DNA from: an uncultured bacterium | GTDB taxonomy: Bacteria > Chlamydiota > Chlamydiia > Chlamydiales > Rhabdochlamydiaceae | DNA length: 64,000 bases | NCBI GenBank assembly: GCA_964397905.1 | Contig: CAYNKV010000001.1 | Location: forward strand, 89-64,088 | Direction: 5' to 3' | Shown: piece by piece, positions 49,151-58,990 of the stretch | How positions within the stretch are numbered: position 1 is the first letter of the stretch | Layout: every line of letters begins with the position of its first letter | Program-made: the position numbers and the translations under genes | The notes under the pieces: generated by a model | The model's database searches: none | Told to the model about the DNA's origin: nothing | What the model saw: only the letters and a program-made list of their open reading frames with translations

Positions 49151-49181
49151 TTTTCTTCTTTCTTTTTTTTCTTTGCATATG

Positions 49182-49256
49182 GGCGACCGACGGGACTCGA
49201 ACCCGCGACAACCGGATCCACAATCCGGTACTCTAACCAACTGAGCTACGGCCGCC
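49182..49256 (-). tRNA. tRNA-His (anticodon GTG)
   Basis: G-1 GCGGCCG acceptor, CCGGA-TTGTGGA-TCCGG anticodon arm, GGTTCGAGTCC. Confidence 0.96.
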
Positions 49257-49331
49257 AAAGAAGACCAGGTTAATGGATCGTTTGCTTTAAGTCAAAGAGG
49301 AATCGGGTTAAAAAGCTCTCCTCTTTTTTTT

Positions 49332-49949
49332 CTAAAAAAGAAGCGTGAGGATGGTGGCTATGCCGAAGCCAGATAGGATAATGCCGGCAATTCTATTGAT
49401 CCATCGCATGGTTTCTTTCTTAAACCGGTTCCTTACTAGGAAGATGATTTCAGAGAGAAGGAACCACCAACCAGTTGAGCCTAAAAAAACTCCTCCTATG
49501 AAAACGGAAATCTCCAGATAGCTATGGGTGAGATCAGCTAATCCTAACCCAGCAAAAAGGGCAAAGAAAGTTCCTATCGTCATCGGGTTAATAATCGTAA
49601 GGAAGAAGGTGTAGAAAAAATGGCTTACTAGAGAAGCTCGAGAAACGGTCCCTCTATTTTCTTTTGGATGGGCTATAAAAGTGTTTAGGCCAAAATAAAA
49701 GAGAAAACCACCTCCAATTAAGCGGAGCCATATTTGGAGGGAAGCAAGAATATGGGTCATGAATGCGAGACCTAAAGCGGCAATGGTAGCATATAGAGCA
49801 TCAGCGACAGCGGCACCCAGTCCTGAACACCATCCCTCAGCTCTTCCTAGCTGGAGCGTTTTGCGAATAGATATGATCGCTATAGGTCCTATCGGAGCTG
49901 ATATGAGGAATCCGATAAGAAGGCCCTTTATAAAAAGCTGGTTTATCAT
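49332..49949 (-). CDS. LysE family translocator
   Basis: SAPIGP, GLGAAVAD, LTIINP, six TM segments. Confidence 0.9.
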   Translation of the reverse strand: MINQLFIKGLLIGFLISAPIGPIAIISIRKTLQLGRAEGWCSGLGAAVADALYATIAALGLAFMTHILASLQIWLRLIGGGFLFYFGLNTFIAHPKENRGTVSRASLVSHFFYTFFLTIINPMTIGTFFALFAGLGLADLTHSYLEISVFIGGVFLGSTGWWFLLSEIIFLVRNRFKKETMRWINRIAGIILSGFGIATILTLLF

Positions 49950-50042
49950 TTATAAGAGAGGGTTGCTTTGGATAGGCAGGACAATTTTAGCTCCTCTATT
50001 TAATAATAGATAAGAACCTATTATGGTCGATAATTAAAAAAT

Positions 50043-50217
50043 GAGCTGGGGACAAGTACTACTCCAAGTGTATCTAGTGCGGTCGGCGGAGCGCAAGCTA
50101 AATTGTCGCTATGCTGTTTAAATGTAAGATGGTTGTGGGAGGAAGATAAAAAAATTCGCTCTCTAAAGGGTTTTTATCTCTGATCCAGTCGGAGCAGATT
50201 TACTTGCAGCCCAGCTG
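50043..50217 (+). ncRNA. Candidate structured ncRNA (family unassigned, strand tentative)
   Basis: Ends pair (AGCTGGG/CCCAGCT, CAAGTA/TACTTG, CTACTCC/GGAGCAG) and enclose an AGC-GCAA-GCT hairpin and an AGATAAAAA/TTTTTATCT hairpin. Confidence 0.45.
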
Positions 50218-50272
50218 CCATTCTAATTGAATGGGAGAGATTGGAGTAACTAATGAATCGGAGGATAAATAG

Positions 50273-51046
50273 GTGGCAAAGATCTGGGCAATAGCTGATC
50301 TCCATTTGGCGATCGCGGTTCCAAGTAAGGATATGGCTCTCTTCGGTCCTATATGGGAAGGCTATATGGAAAAGATAGCGGAGAGATGGAGAGAGAAGGT
50401 TGCTTCGGAGGATCTAGTATTGATAGCGGGAGATATTTCTTGGGCTCTTCGTTTCGATGAGGCGCTTATTGATCTAAGATGGATCGATGCTCTTCCTGGA
50501 TCTAAGATATTAATCAAAGGGAACCATGATTATTGGTGGGGTTCTGCTCAAAAGATGGCTCAAAAGCTTCCATCTTCTCTTCGGAGTCTACATAGTGGAG
50601 CCATATTTTGGAGGGGAGTTGCTATTGGAGGAACTCGCCTTTGGGAAACAGAAGAGTATCGGTTTGATCAATGGTTCGATCAAATTGCTTTCACTTCAGA
50701 ACGGAAACAAAGCGAAGAGGATAGAAAAATATTTTTTAGGGAACTGGAGCGTCTGAGAAGCTCTCTTGCTTCTATAGGAGAGGGCTCAGCTGTCAAATTG
50801 GCTATGCTGCACTATCCACCTATAGGAGGGGATCTTGCTCCCTCTAAAGCAGCAGCTCTTTTGGAAGCTTATGGCGTATCTATCTCTCTCTTTGGCCATC
50901 TTCACAGTATTTCAAAGAGCAAGCCACTATTCGGAACAGCAAGGGGAGTAAAGTACCAGCTTGTCTCTGCAGACTATCTCAACTTTTCTCCGCTTCTTGT
51001 TTGGCAGGAGGACTCAGAAGAGAAAGAAACAAGTAACTCTACCTAG
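50273..51046 (+). CDS. Calcineurin-like metallophosphoesterase
   Basis: IADLHL, AGDISWA, KGNHDYWW, HYPP, FGHLH. Confidence 0.9.
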   Translation: MAKIWAIADLHLAIAVPSKDMALFGPIWEGYMEKIAERWREKVASEDLVLIAGDISWALRFDEALIDLRWIDALPGSKILIKGNHDYWWGSAQKMAQKLPSSLRSLHSGAIFWRGVAIGGTRLWETEEYRFDQWFDQIAFTSERKQSEEDRKIFFRELERLRSSLASIGEGSAVKLAMLHYPPIGGDLAPSKAAALLEAYGVSISLFGHLHSISKSKPLFGTARGVKYQLVSADYLNFSPLLVWQEDSEEKETSNST

Positions 51047-51085
51047 ATTGCTGAGAATCTGGTACCAAATAGCTATATCTATCTG

Positions 51086-51541
51086 CTAGGATGGATCTGC
51101 TACCAGATCTAGATGATAATCGCAGGTGACCCCCTCTCCTAACTTAAGGACCATTGAGTAGCTGCCGCTCTTTTTTATTGGCTTATGAAGCTCTATTTGG
51201 CGCCGGTTGATAGAAAATCCCTCCTTTGAGAAAAGTTCTATAATATCTTTAATCCCTACGGAACCATACATATTTCCATCAGGATCTACCTTGACGGAGA
51301 TAGTAAGAGAAATGTTTTTCAACTTTTCCGCTAAAGACTCTGCATTCTGCCGATCCTCTACCGCTCTTTTCGTCCTCTCTTCCTGAAGCTTTGTCTGCAT
51401 GCGAAGGGTGTGAGGCGTAGCAACCAATGCCTTCTTTTGTGGGATAAGATAATTTCTCGCAAAACCTGCTCTAGCTACTATCAGTTCGCCAGCGCGACCT
51501 ATATCCTCCAGATCTTCGATGAGTAAATATTTCTTTTTCAT
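51086..51541 (-). CDS. rplI: 50S ribosomal protein L9
   Basis: GFARNYLIP, MYGSV. Confidence 0.95.
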   Translation of the reverse strand: MKKKYLLIEDLEDIGRAGELIVARAGFARNYLIPQKKALVATPHTLRMQTKLQEERTKRAVEDRQNAESLAEKLKNISLTISVKVDPDGNMYGSVGIKDIIELFSKEGFSINRRQIELHKPIKKSGSYSMVLKLGEGVTCDYHLDLVADPS

Positions 51542-51549
51542 GGTTTCCT

Positions 51550-51777
51550 CTATAGATCAGATACAAATGGTAGCAGAGCCATATAGCGGGCGCGCTTGAT
51601 CGCTCGAACTAGCTGACGTTGATATTCACCAGAAACGCCGGTAAGGCGGCGCGATAATATTTTGCCCTTCTCTGTGATAAAGCGGCAAAGGATGTTTATA
51701 TCTTTATAGTCTATAGAGCGAATTCCAGCACTTTTTAAAGGGCAGCTGCGCTTTTTCTTGGCAAAGGATAACTCCAT
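51550..51777 (-). CDS. rpsR: 30S ribosomal protein S18
   Basis: [21 protein letters not shown]. Confidence 0.96.
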   Translation of the reverse strand: MELSFAKKKRSCPLKSAGIRSIDYKDINILCRFITEKGKILSRRLTGVSGEYQRQLVRAIKRARYMALLPFVSDL

Positions 51778-51791
51778 ATCTTTTCCTCCAT

Positions 51792-52130
51792 TTATTCAGG
51801 TAAACAGCGAAACTCTATTTTTTCAGGCACACTCTCCACTGCTAATGTCATAAACCGAAGTAAATCCTCATTTAATCGGTATTCTCTCCACAGTTTCAAT
51901 ATCTTATCGGTAGTTATCGAAAAGAAAAGAAGAATGTAATGGCCCTCCTTTTTTTTGGATATCTCATAGGCCAGCTTCTTTCGACCCTGATCAAACATCT
52001 TATGTACTTTGCCACCTTTTTCTTGAATACTCTCTTTGATCTTGTCAACCAGTTTGTGACGTACCTCATCGGAAAGGGCGCTATTTATAAGGTAGATTCC
52101 CTCATAGAGCTGTTCTCTCTTCTCTTTCAT
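51792..52130 (-). CDS. rpsF: 30S ribosomal protein S6
   Basis: [19 protein letters not shown]; operon order. Confidence 0.94.
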   Translation of the reverse strand: MKEKREQLYEGIYLINSALSDEVRHKLVDKIKESIQEKGGKVHKMFDQGRKKLAYEISKKKEGHYILLFFSITTDKILKLWREYRLNEDLLRFMTLAVESVPEKIEFRCLPE

Positions 52131-52133
52131 CTT

Positions 52134-52736
52134 TTATACTGCTCCTCTGCTATTTGCTGCCGCCATTGCTGATTCAATTCCTTTTTTTATCCAAAGCTCT
52201 AATATATCCGATGTTCTATTTAATATCTTAGGAATAAAAGCTTCTTCGGCAGCGGTAAATTCATCTAAAACATATTGCCTGAGAGGAAGATTTCGATCCA
52301 TCCCTATTCCTACGCGAAGTCTGCAATAGAAGGAGCTTCTTAGAGATTCCTCTACGCTCCTAAGCCCATTATGTCCTCCATGAGATCCACTTTTTCTTAA
52401 TCGTATGGTTCCTAAAGGAAGCGCCACATCATCTACTACAACTAAGACCCTCTCTAAGGGGATCTTCTTTAGGGATAGATACTCTTGGATTAAATCCCCA
52501 CTCCTATTCATGTAGGTTAGCGGAAGGATCATATCAATTTTTTTTTTATCAACAACTCGAGAAGCAAAAAACGCGTTTCCTTTTCTTTTCAATTCTCTAT
52601 TTTGCTGCTTAGCCCAGTGAGAGATAACACGAAACCCCATATTATGCCTACTCTTCTCATATGCGACACCTGGGTTACCAAGGCCTGCTGCTAAATAAAC
52701 TTCATGAGGCTCGTTTTGAGATGAGCAGAGCAACTT
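52134..52736 (-). CDS. pth: Peptidyl-tRNA hydrolase
   Basis: GLGNPG, RHNMGF, TYMNRSG, GGHNGL, RLRVGIG; start uncertain. Confidence 0.94.
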   Translation of the reverse strand, partial: KLLCSSQNEPHEVYLAAGLGNPGVAYEKSRHNMGFRVISHWAKQQNRELKRKGNAFFASRVVDKKKIDMILPLTYMNRSGDLIQEYLSLKKIPLERVLVVVDDVALPLGTIRLRKSGSHGGHNGLRSVEESLRSSFYCRLRVGIGMDRNLPLRQYVLDEFTAAEEAFIPKILNRTSDILELWIKKGIESAMAAANSRGAV

Positions 52737-53268
52737 CATCCATTTTAGCAAGGGGTTGTACTCCTTCAGGTATCATAATATCTTTAATCCTTTTTGCCCC
52801 CCCAATTCCGAGATCCTTAATGTCAATAATAAACTCCGAAGGAATATCCTTAGGCAAACTTTTTACTTGGACAGATCTAATTACCTGTCTTAAAAAACCA
52901 CCCAATTTAATTCCGACACAATCAGCAACTCCATGACACTGAATAGGAACTTTTACGATCACAGGGCAATTCTCTTCAAGAGCTTCGAAATCGATATGAA
53001 TAATCTGGTAAGTGGTAGGTTGGTACTGTATCTCTTTAACGATTGCAAGCTGGGTGACCCCGTCGATCTCCAAAGCAAATCGGGTAGTCGCAAGAGACCC
53101 ACTCTTTATTCCGCGCATAGAAAGAGATAGAGATTTCGATTCGATGAGCAAGAGATCGCTAACTCCTTTAGGGGAATAAAGCACAGCAGGAACTCCTCCT
53201 TCACGACGAAGCTGCTTAATATGGCCCTTAGTTCCTCTTGAACGTCTATCCGCTTTAAGCTTGATCAT
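52702..53268 (-). CDS. rplY: 50S ribosomal protein L25/Ctc
   Basis: LRREGGVPAVLY, HIDF, GIKLGG; upstream of pth. Confidence 0.93.
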   Translation of the reverse strand: MIKLKADRRSRGTKGHIKQLRREGGVPAVLYSPKGVSDLLLIESKSLSLSMRGIKSGSLATTRFALEIDGVTQLAIVKEIQYQPTTYQIIHIDFEALEENCPVIVKVPIQCHGVADCVGIKLGGFLRQVIRSVQVKSLPKDIPSEFIIDIKDLGIGGAKRIKDIMIPEGVQPLAKMDEVALLISKRAS

Positions 53269-53480
53269 CCTAACCCTCCCTTATCCTCCAAAAAATCGCC
53301 TCCAATAGCGGGCGTTCAATTCTCTAACCAACGGAGTAAATAAGCTCTTTCTTTGCTTAACTACCATTGCGTCGCGAGTATATCAGATCGCCTGTCTCAA
53401 TTCTAGAAAAAGGTTTTAATAACCGAAGAAAACTGCTTTCTTAACTCTCTTTTTCTTTTCTTCCAAAAAAAAGAAGAAAC

Positions 53481-53552
53481 TTGGGGTGGAAGGACTCGAA
53501 CCCTCGAATGGCGGTACCAAAAACCGCTGCCTTACCACTTGGCTACACCCCA
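53481..53552 (-). tRNA. tRNA-Gln (anticodon TTG)
   Basis: TGGGGTG/CACCCCA acceptor, GCGGT-TTTTGGT-ACCGC anticodon arm, GGTTCGAGTCC. Confidence 0.96.
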
Positions 53553-53681
53553 GAATAAATGGATGATAATCGACTATTTGATTAAAAATCAATTGAACTG
53601 TAGCAGCTAATGTTTGAAGAGCAAAAATTGGAAAGAGAATTTAATTGAAGAAGAGTATCCTAGGATTTTTAAGAGGAGAGT

Positions 53682-54674
53682 ATGAAGATAGCTTTTTTTA
53701 GTAGCCGAACCTATGACAAACAGTTTTTCGACTATGAAAATCGTTCTTTCGGGTGGGATCTTACCTATTTTGATTCTCGTTTGACTCTAGATACGGCAGC
53801 TCTTGCAAAAGGAGCTGAGGTGGTCTCTCTTTTTGTCAACGATGAAGCGTCGAAAGAGGTGATCGATCTTCTTTATCAGGAGGGAGTGAGATTGATCGCT
53901 CTTCGTTGTGCCGGTTATGATTTGGTAGATCTGCGCGCGGCATTGGGCAGAATTCGGGTAGTTCGCGTCCCTAGCTATTCTCCTTACGCTGTGGCAGAAC
54001 ATGCGGTTGGGATGGCTTTGTGTCTTAACAGAAAATTGCATCGTGCTTACCTAAGAACTAGAGAGAACAATTTTACGATCGACGGATTGTTAGGGGTCGA
54101 TTGGCATGGAAAAACTGCAGGAGTTATTGGGTGTGGGCAGATTGGTGCAGCAACAATCTCTATATTAAAGGGGTTTGGCATGGAGCTGCTCTGCTATGAT
54201 GTAGATCCTTTGCAGGTAGAGAGAGCGGGTGGTAAGTATGTAGATCTTCCTACTCTCTATCAAACAAGCGATCTGATTTCTCTTCATGCTCCTTTAAGTG
54301 TCCATAACCGTTATCTTATTGATCGTAAAGCGCTGCATCAGATGAAGGAGGGGGTAATATTGATTAACACTAGTAGAGGAGGGCTGATTCACTATGAGGA
54401 TCTCATTGCGGCTCTTAAGGAGGGTAAGCTGGGTGGAGCAGGGTTAGATGTTTATGAGGGCGAAAAAGAGTATTTCCATCATGATCTCTCTTCTACGTTT
54501 GTAAAAGATGAGATATTAGCTCGATTGCAAAGCTTTCCCAATGTGCTGATCACCTCCCATCAAGCCTTTTTTACCCAAGAGGCAATGACCAATATTGCAC
54601 GAACGAGTTGTAAAGATATCGCTAGCTATTTTAAAGGGGAACCTTTGTCTAATGAGCTGTTGGTAGTTGCTTAA
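53682..54674 (+). CDS. ldhA: D-lactate dehydrogenase (D-2-hydroxyacid dehydrogenase)
   Basis: ALRCAG, RVPSYSPYAVAEH, GCGQIG, INTSRG, LDVYEGE, TSHQAFFT. Confidence 0.9.
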   Translation: MKIAFFSSRTYDKQFFDYENRSFGWDLTYFDSRLTLDTAALAKGAEVVSLFVNDEASKEVIDLLYQEGVRLIALRCAGYDLVDLRAALGRIRVVRVPSYSPYAVAEHAVGMALCLNRKLHRAYLRTRENNFTIDGLLGVDWHGKTAGVIGCGQIGAATISILKGFGMELLCYDVDPLQVERAGGKYVDLPTLYQTSDLISLHAPLSVHNRYLIDRKALHQMKEGVILINTSRGGLIHYEDLIAALKEGKLGGAGLDVYEGEKEYFHHDLSSTFVKDEILARLQSFPNVLITSHQAFFTQEAMTNIARTSCKDIASYFKGEPLSNELLVVA

Positions 54675-57375
54675 GAGCGCTTTTTTGTGAGAGAGTGAAG
54701 GGAAAACGGTTACTGGTTTGCTCTTCCAACAGAGCGGCTATTTTTTCTTCTCCTCTCTCGTAATAGGAGGGTTGATCAATCCTTCCCTCGAAAAAGAGGA
54801 GATCGGTTCCATTAGTAGCTAAGAGCGAACTGAAAAGATCGGCGCAGAGTTCCAACGCTATGTTGCTCTCAAGAGAAGAGAGGTTGATCGTTCCGTAGCT
54901 CCAAAAGGGTCTTCTTTTTTCCAATAAAATGAGGGTTTTGCCGTAGCTGAACATTTGATCAACGATCTGGAAACGAAGAGGAGCTATCTCTAACGGGACA
55001 GAAGAGAGAGATCTTAGTAGGCTCTTCTTCTCTGGAGAGATGAGGTAGATAGTTTTAGAGATGGGCGAGAATTGGATCAAACCTTTCCAGCGGGAAATGG
55101 TCTCCATATTGGATAGGTCAGAGAGATGTAGGAACCCCTCTTCTGGGGCAATTTCTACAGATATTTTCTTTCCTGATAGGAGCGTTTTAAGAAAGGGAAA
55201 AGGAGCTAAAGGAGTCGCTCGGGAGATCTCTGCAGGAACGATTTCTATCATCCAGCGATTTTTTGGATAGACTATGCCTTTTTCTAGCGCTCCTTGAGCT
55301 GCCACTCTTATCGATGGGGATGAGAATTTGAGATCTAAATGGGTCACTCCTTTCTTCAAGGAACTGTTGAGAAAAAGAGCAGACTCTTCTGCTAAGAAAG
55401 CGGATAGAAGCGGGCTATCCTCTAAGGGGCTGCTTTCTTGATCTGGTTTGAAAGAATTTGATCCCCTCTTCTTGGAAAGGCTTTTTATTTGTAGAGATGC
55501 TTCGTAGGAAGCTCTCTCTAAAAATTGAGCCCAAGAGGCAGCTCTACTTCCTTTAAACGAGAGGAGCTTTAATTCGGCTGAAAGAGGCGTTGCTAAACGG
55601 GTTAATGAGGGAATCCAACGAGAAAGAAGGCGGTTCTCCTCTTCTCCGAGAGCAATCTGAAAAAAGGCTGGAGTGGCTAAGTTCGACTGCTTTTCGGGAG
55701 TGGAAAAAGGGGAGATAAGTAGATCGGGTCTCTCTAAAGCAAATCGGGTAGACCATCGATCTCCTTTAAGGTCTACTTGAAGCAGTTGATCTGAGAAAGA
55801 AAAAAGGATCGATCCATCCAGCGCAGCTCCTGCTAGAGAGGAGTAGTTTTCGTCGGAATCGGTAAATAGCTGTAGTAGAGAGGTGGGCAGATGGGAAAGA
55901 GTGCACTCAATCGATTGATCTCTTATTTCCCATCCAATGGTTCCGCTCTGCTCTTCTCTATCAGTTCCGTAGCTGATGCGGCAGAGCCGATCCGATAACT
56001 CTGTAAAAGTGGAAACAGTTTTTTTTCCTCCTACGCTGATGGTTGCGCCGATCGATCCTGATAGGGGAGCTAACGAGAGAAGGGTGGGTTCTATCCTCAG
56101 TTGGAGCTGCTTTCGGCTTCGATCAGAAGTGTCGGGGGTGCCAATTTCTATAGGTTGATCCCACCAGAGCTGTTGGCTGCTGGTTTCATATCCTCCGGAA
56201 AGGTGGGCATGAAGAAACGCTCCTTCTACTTCAACGGATAGATTGGAAACTGTTTCTGCAGAAAGGTCGAACCTGGTCTCTCCCAAACCCCAGCCTTCAA
56301 CATGGCAATGGAGTTGGTTCCATTGGTCGGGCAGGTAGAGCTGACCATTAAACTGCACCTGAGGCGAGTCCCACTTAAAAGTAAACTGGCGATCTCCTAT
56401 CTGAGGGGAGGCCAGCAGCAGTTGAAAAGGTTCTATCTTCCATCCATTTTTCAGAATAAACCCTTTTGACTTGACGGTTGCCTGAAAACTACTTTTGCTT
56501 GGATCTTTCAGAGGAATCTGTAGCTGGTCTACTGAGAGATGACCTAAAAAGTGGTTCTGGCAGAAGAGGGGATTTTCCCCTAGCTCCTGGTTAAAGTCAA
56601 GATGAGCAGGAGTAGAAAGGAAGATTTTCTCTTGATCCATCTCCATTTCTAGATGAGTGGATAAGTTGTTTGTGTTTAATCTGAGAAAACCTTTTCCTGA
56701 TAAAGTATCTAGAGAGAATTGAGCATCGATCCGATCTCCCACGCCGCAGGAGAGGTGAGGAGAGAGGTGGGAGAGGAGGAGAGTGAGATTTTTGCTTCCC
56801 ATCTGATCGATGGTTCCATCGAGTGCGAGCTGGGAGGGGGTAGATAGATAGGAAAGATGACCCTTGCCTCCATCTGAATTTGCTGTTAGATCTACCTTAC
56901 ATTCTCCATGAAAAAAGAGGATGTCTCCCGAAATCGCATCGATCTGAACTGCATCTTCAGGAAAGAGCCACTCAATTGACCCATCCTGAAAGCTGGAGCG
57001 ACAAAAGAGAGGTTGAGCCGCAGCCTGAGTGAAAAAAGCTAGCGCCTTAGAGGGAGAGCCATTTACGCCGATCGTTAGCCGAGCTGATTTCCACTCGAGG
57101 TGAGCTAAATTTCTATAGAGAAGAAGCTGCCACAAAGGTGCGTCGCAGCTCACCTGTTCCGCAGTGAAGGTAAAGTTTCCTTCAGGGTCGCTCATCCTCC
57201 ACTCTTCTGCTCTCTGATTTCCCCACCAGTTGAGATGGAGAGAAGCTATCTCCACACCAGAAACGGGATAAAAAAAACTCCAATATTTGGAAAGAAGAGA
57301 GGGAAGAAAAGCGACTCCTACTACTAGAAGTGCACAAGAGAGCAGAATAGGCCATAACCATCGTGTCACGATCAA
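54649..57375 (-). CDS. Large hypothetical protein, N-terminal anchor, beta-rich (possibly AsmA/TamB-like)
   Basis: 908-aa ORF with N-terminal TM and alternating beta-type pattern; upstream TTGACC-N18-CATAAT. Confidence 0.6.
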   Translation of the reverse strand: MIVTRWLWPILLSCALLVVGVAFLPSLLSKYWSFFYPVSGVEIASLHLNWWGNQRAEEWRMSDPEGNFTFTAEQVSCDAPLWQLLLYRNLAHLEWKSARLTIGVNGSPSKALAFFTQAAAQPLFCRSSFQDGSIEWLFPEDAVQIDAISGDILFFHGECKVDLTANSDGGKGHLSYLSTPSQLALDGTIDQMGSKNLTLLLSHLSPHLSCGVGDRIDAQFSLDTLSGKGFLRLNTNNLSTHLEMEMDQEKIFLSTPAHLDFNQELGENPLFCQNHFLGHLSVDQLQIPLKDPSKSSFQATVKSKGFILKNGWKIEPFQLLLASPQIGDRQFTFKWDSPQVQFNGQLYLPDQWNQLHCHVEGWGLGETRFDLSAETVSNLSVEVEGAFLHAHLSGGYETSSQQLWWDQPIEIGTPDTSDRSRKQLQLRIEPTLLSLAPLSGSIGATISVGGKKTVSTFTELSDRLCRISYGTDREEQSGTIGWEIRDQSIECTLSHLPTSLLQLFTDSDENYSSLAGAALDGSILFSFSDQLLQVDLKGDRWSTRFALERPDLLISPFSTPEKQSNLATPAFFQIALGEEENRLLSRWIPSLTRLATPLSAELKLLSFKGSRAASWAQFLERASYEASLQIKSLSKKRGSNSFKPDQESSPLEDSPLLSAFLAEESALFLNSSLKKGVTHLDLKFSSPSIRVAAQGALEKGIVYPKNRWMIEIVPAEISRATPLAPFPFLKTLLSGKKISVEIAPEEGFLHLSDLSNMETISRWKGLIQFSPISKTIYLISPEKKSLLRSLSSVPLEIAPLRFQIVDQMFSYGKTLILLEKRRPFWSYGTINLSSLESNIALELCADLFSSLLATNGTDLLFFEGRIDQPSYYERGEEKIAALLEEQTSNRFPFTLSQKSALKQLPTAH

Positions 57376-57495
57376 TATTCCCGGGAGACATCACCCTGTT
57401 TACTAGGAAAGAGAGCTGCTGAACCGCCCCTCTTTTCCCCATAATGGCGCGATTATGATGGGAGAAGAGTAGATCGGTCAAGTTTTTTCTATTTA

Positions 57496-58911
57496 TTACA
57501 AAAAAAGGGGGATATTCTCGGCAGTTATTGATTCTTCGGGTAGCTGACCAGGGTTCTTTCTATATATTTTTAACAGTTTAACTAATTCCGAATTGCTTCC
57601 AGGATGCTGTTCCAGGAAATTTTTTATTGAATGTGTTAGAGCTGTTATTCTCTCTTGCTCTGGTTTTCCTTCTTTCGATATCAGCTCTTTTCTGATCCCA
57701 CGCAGGAGGTTTGCTTTATTTTCTTGCTTAATCCGTTCTAAAAGAGCTGTTTCTTTATCTTTAGGAAGGCAGATCGGTTGATAATGCACTCCATTATATA
57801 GGATAAGATGAGGCTCTTTTGCATTAGTCAGATTGCTCTCCATATCCTGGAAAGTGGCTACACGATAAGAGAGAGCTCCATCTGTATTCCTCTGAAGAAT
57901 GAGGCAGGGTTGATTCAGGGCAAGAAATAAGGGCCAATCGAGCATTTCCCCATCTTGTCTAATGAGTTCTGTATATTCTCCGATAATAGCTTCTCTACCT
58001 TCTTCGGTTTCTGGATCTTCTTTTGCTTTTGGAGAGATTTGTCTATCTCTGTCTGCCTTTACCTGATTTGCCTGATTCAGAGCCACTAGGATTGAATTAA
58101 ACCAATCATTTTTGAATCGTTTATCTGTTTTTATGTGTTGAATCGCTTTTTTAATTAGCGCATCGGATAAAGTTTGCTTTTTTTTGTTTTCTTCAACACC
58201 CTCAAAAAGATTTTGATCCAGAGCATATTTTGTGATGATTTCCTGCAGATTTTCATTATGCCGCTCAAGTTCACGATGGGCGATCGACAATGCGGCGCAG
58301 CGATTGCCTGCACTGCCTGCCTCGGTCACATATTTGCTTAAATCTTTTGAAAGTGAGTCGCTAAAATCATTGGGACCGGAAGAGCGAAGAGAGCGAGGGA
58401 TTGGTGGGTAGCTGATAATATCCAATTCTTCTTGACCTGGGTAACGAATCGCTTGAGCAAGCTGATCAATATTTTGCTTGATCTCTTCTTGATCAGCATG
58501 TACCCTGCTATCAATTTTTTCTGTTTTTTCTTCTCCACCTGTTTTTGTGGTGGAGATGGAGCTGATTTCGAGCGGTTCAGGCTTCCAACGATATTTGGAG
58601 AAAATTTGGGCTAACCGATCGAGAAGGGTGGGTTCAGAAAAACCTCTTGTAAAGGTTAATCGCACCTTTTCTAGTTGGTCTTCGTTAGAATGGAGCAGAT
58701 CGTATAGGCGTTGACAGCGAGTGGCTATCTTTCTCATCTGTTCATCGCTGAGCCCTTCTAGGGAGATCTCCTTTTTATCAGCGTGGGCGTGGGGTTGCAC
58801 GCTAATTTTGGTGATGTTGAATCTACGGCCGCCGATACACAGCTCTCCTGGAGGGGCTAAGGGGATAAGATGAACCTGGATACTATTTCCGTTTGCAGGT
58901 TGAGAGTTCAT
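57496..58911 (-). CDS. Orphan protein with OTU-like cysteine protease motifs; candidate deubiquitinase effector
   Basis: AGNRCAALSIA (Cys) and HLILYNGVHYQPI (His). Confidence 0.6.
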   Translation of the reverse strand: MNSQPANGNSIQVHLIPLAPPGELCIGGRRFNITKISVQPHAHADKKEISLEGLSDEQMRKIATRCQRLYDLLHSNEDQLEKVRLTFTRGFSEPTLLDRLAQIFSKYRWKPEPLEISSISTTKTGGEEKTEKIDSRVHADQEEIKQNIDQLAQAIRYPGQEELDIISYPPIPRSLRSSGPNDFSDSLSKDLSKYVTEAGSAGNRCAALSIAHRELERHNENLQEIITKYALDQNLFEGVEENKKKQTLSDALIKKAIQHIKTDKRFKNDWFNSILVALNQANQVKADRDRQISPKAKEDPETEEGREAIIGEYTELIRQDGEMLDWPLFLALNQPCLILQRNTDGALSYRVATFQDMESNLTNAKEPHLILYNGVHYQPICLPKDKETALLERIKQENKANLLRGIRKELISKEGKPEQERITALTHSIKNFLEQHPGSNSELVKLLKIYRKNPGQLPEESITAENIPLFL

Positions 58912-58990
58912 TTAAACTCTATTCTATTAACCATGTTGATTAATATAAACAGAAAAATTATTATTCATTTTTTTGAGAGATAATAATTTT

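Noticed and set aside
49151-49258. N-terminal extension of uppP
   Set aside because: It is tRNA-His read in frame
53269-53400. Structured rplY leader
   Set aside because: Only one short hairpin (CGCC...GGCG) visible; insufficient without comparative data
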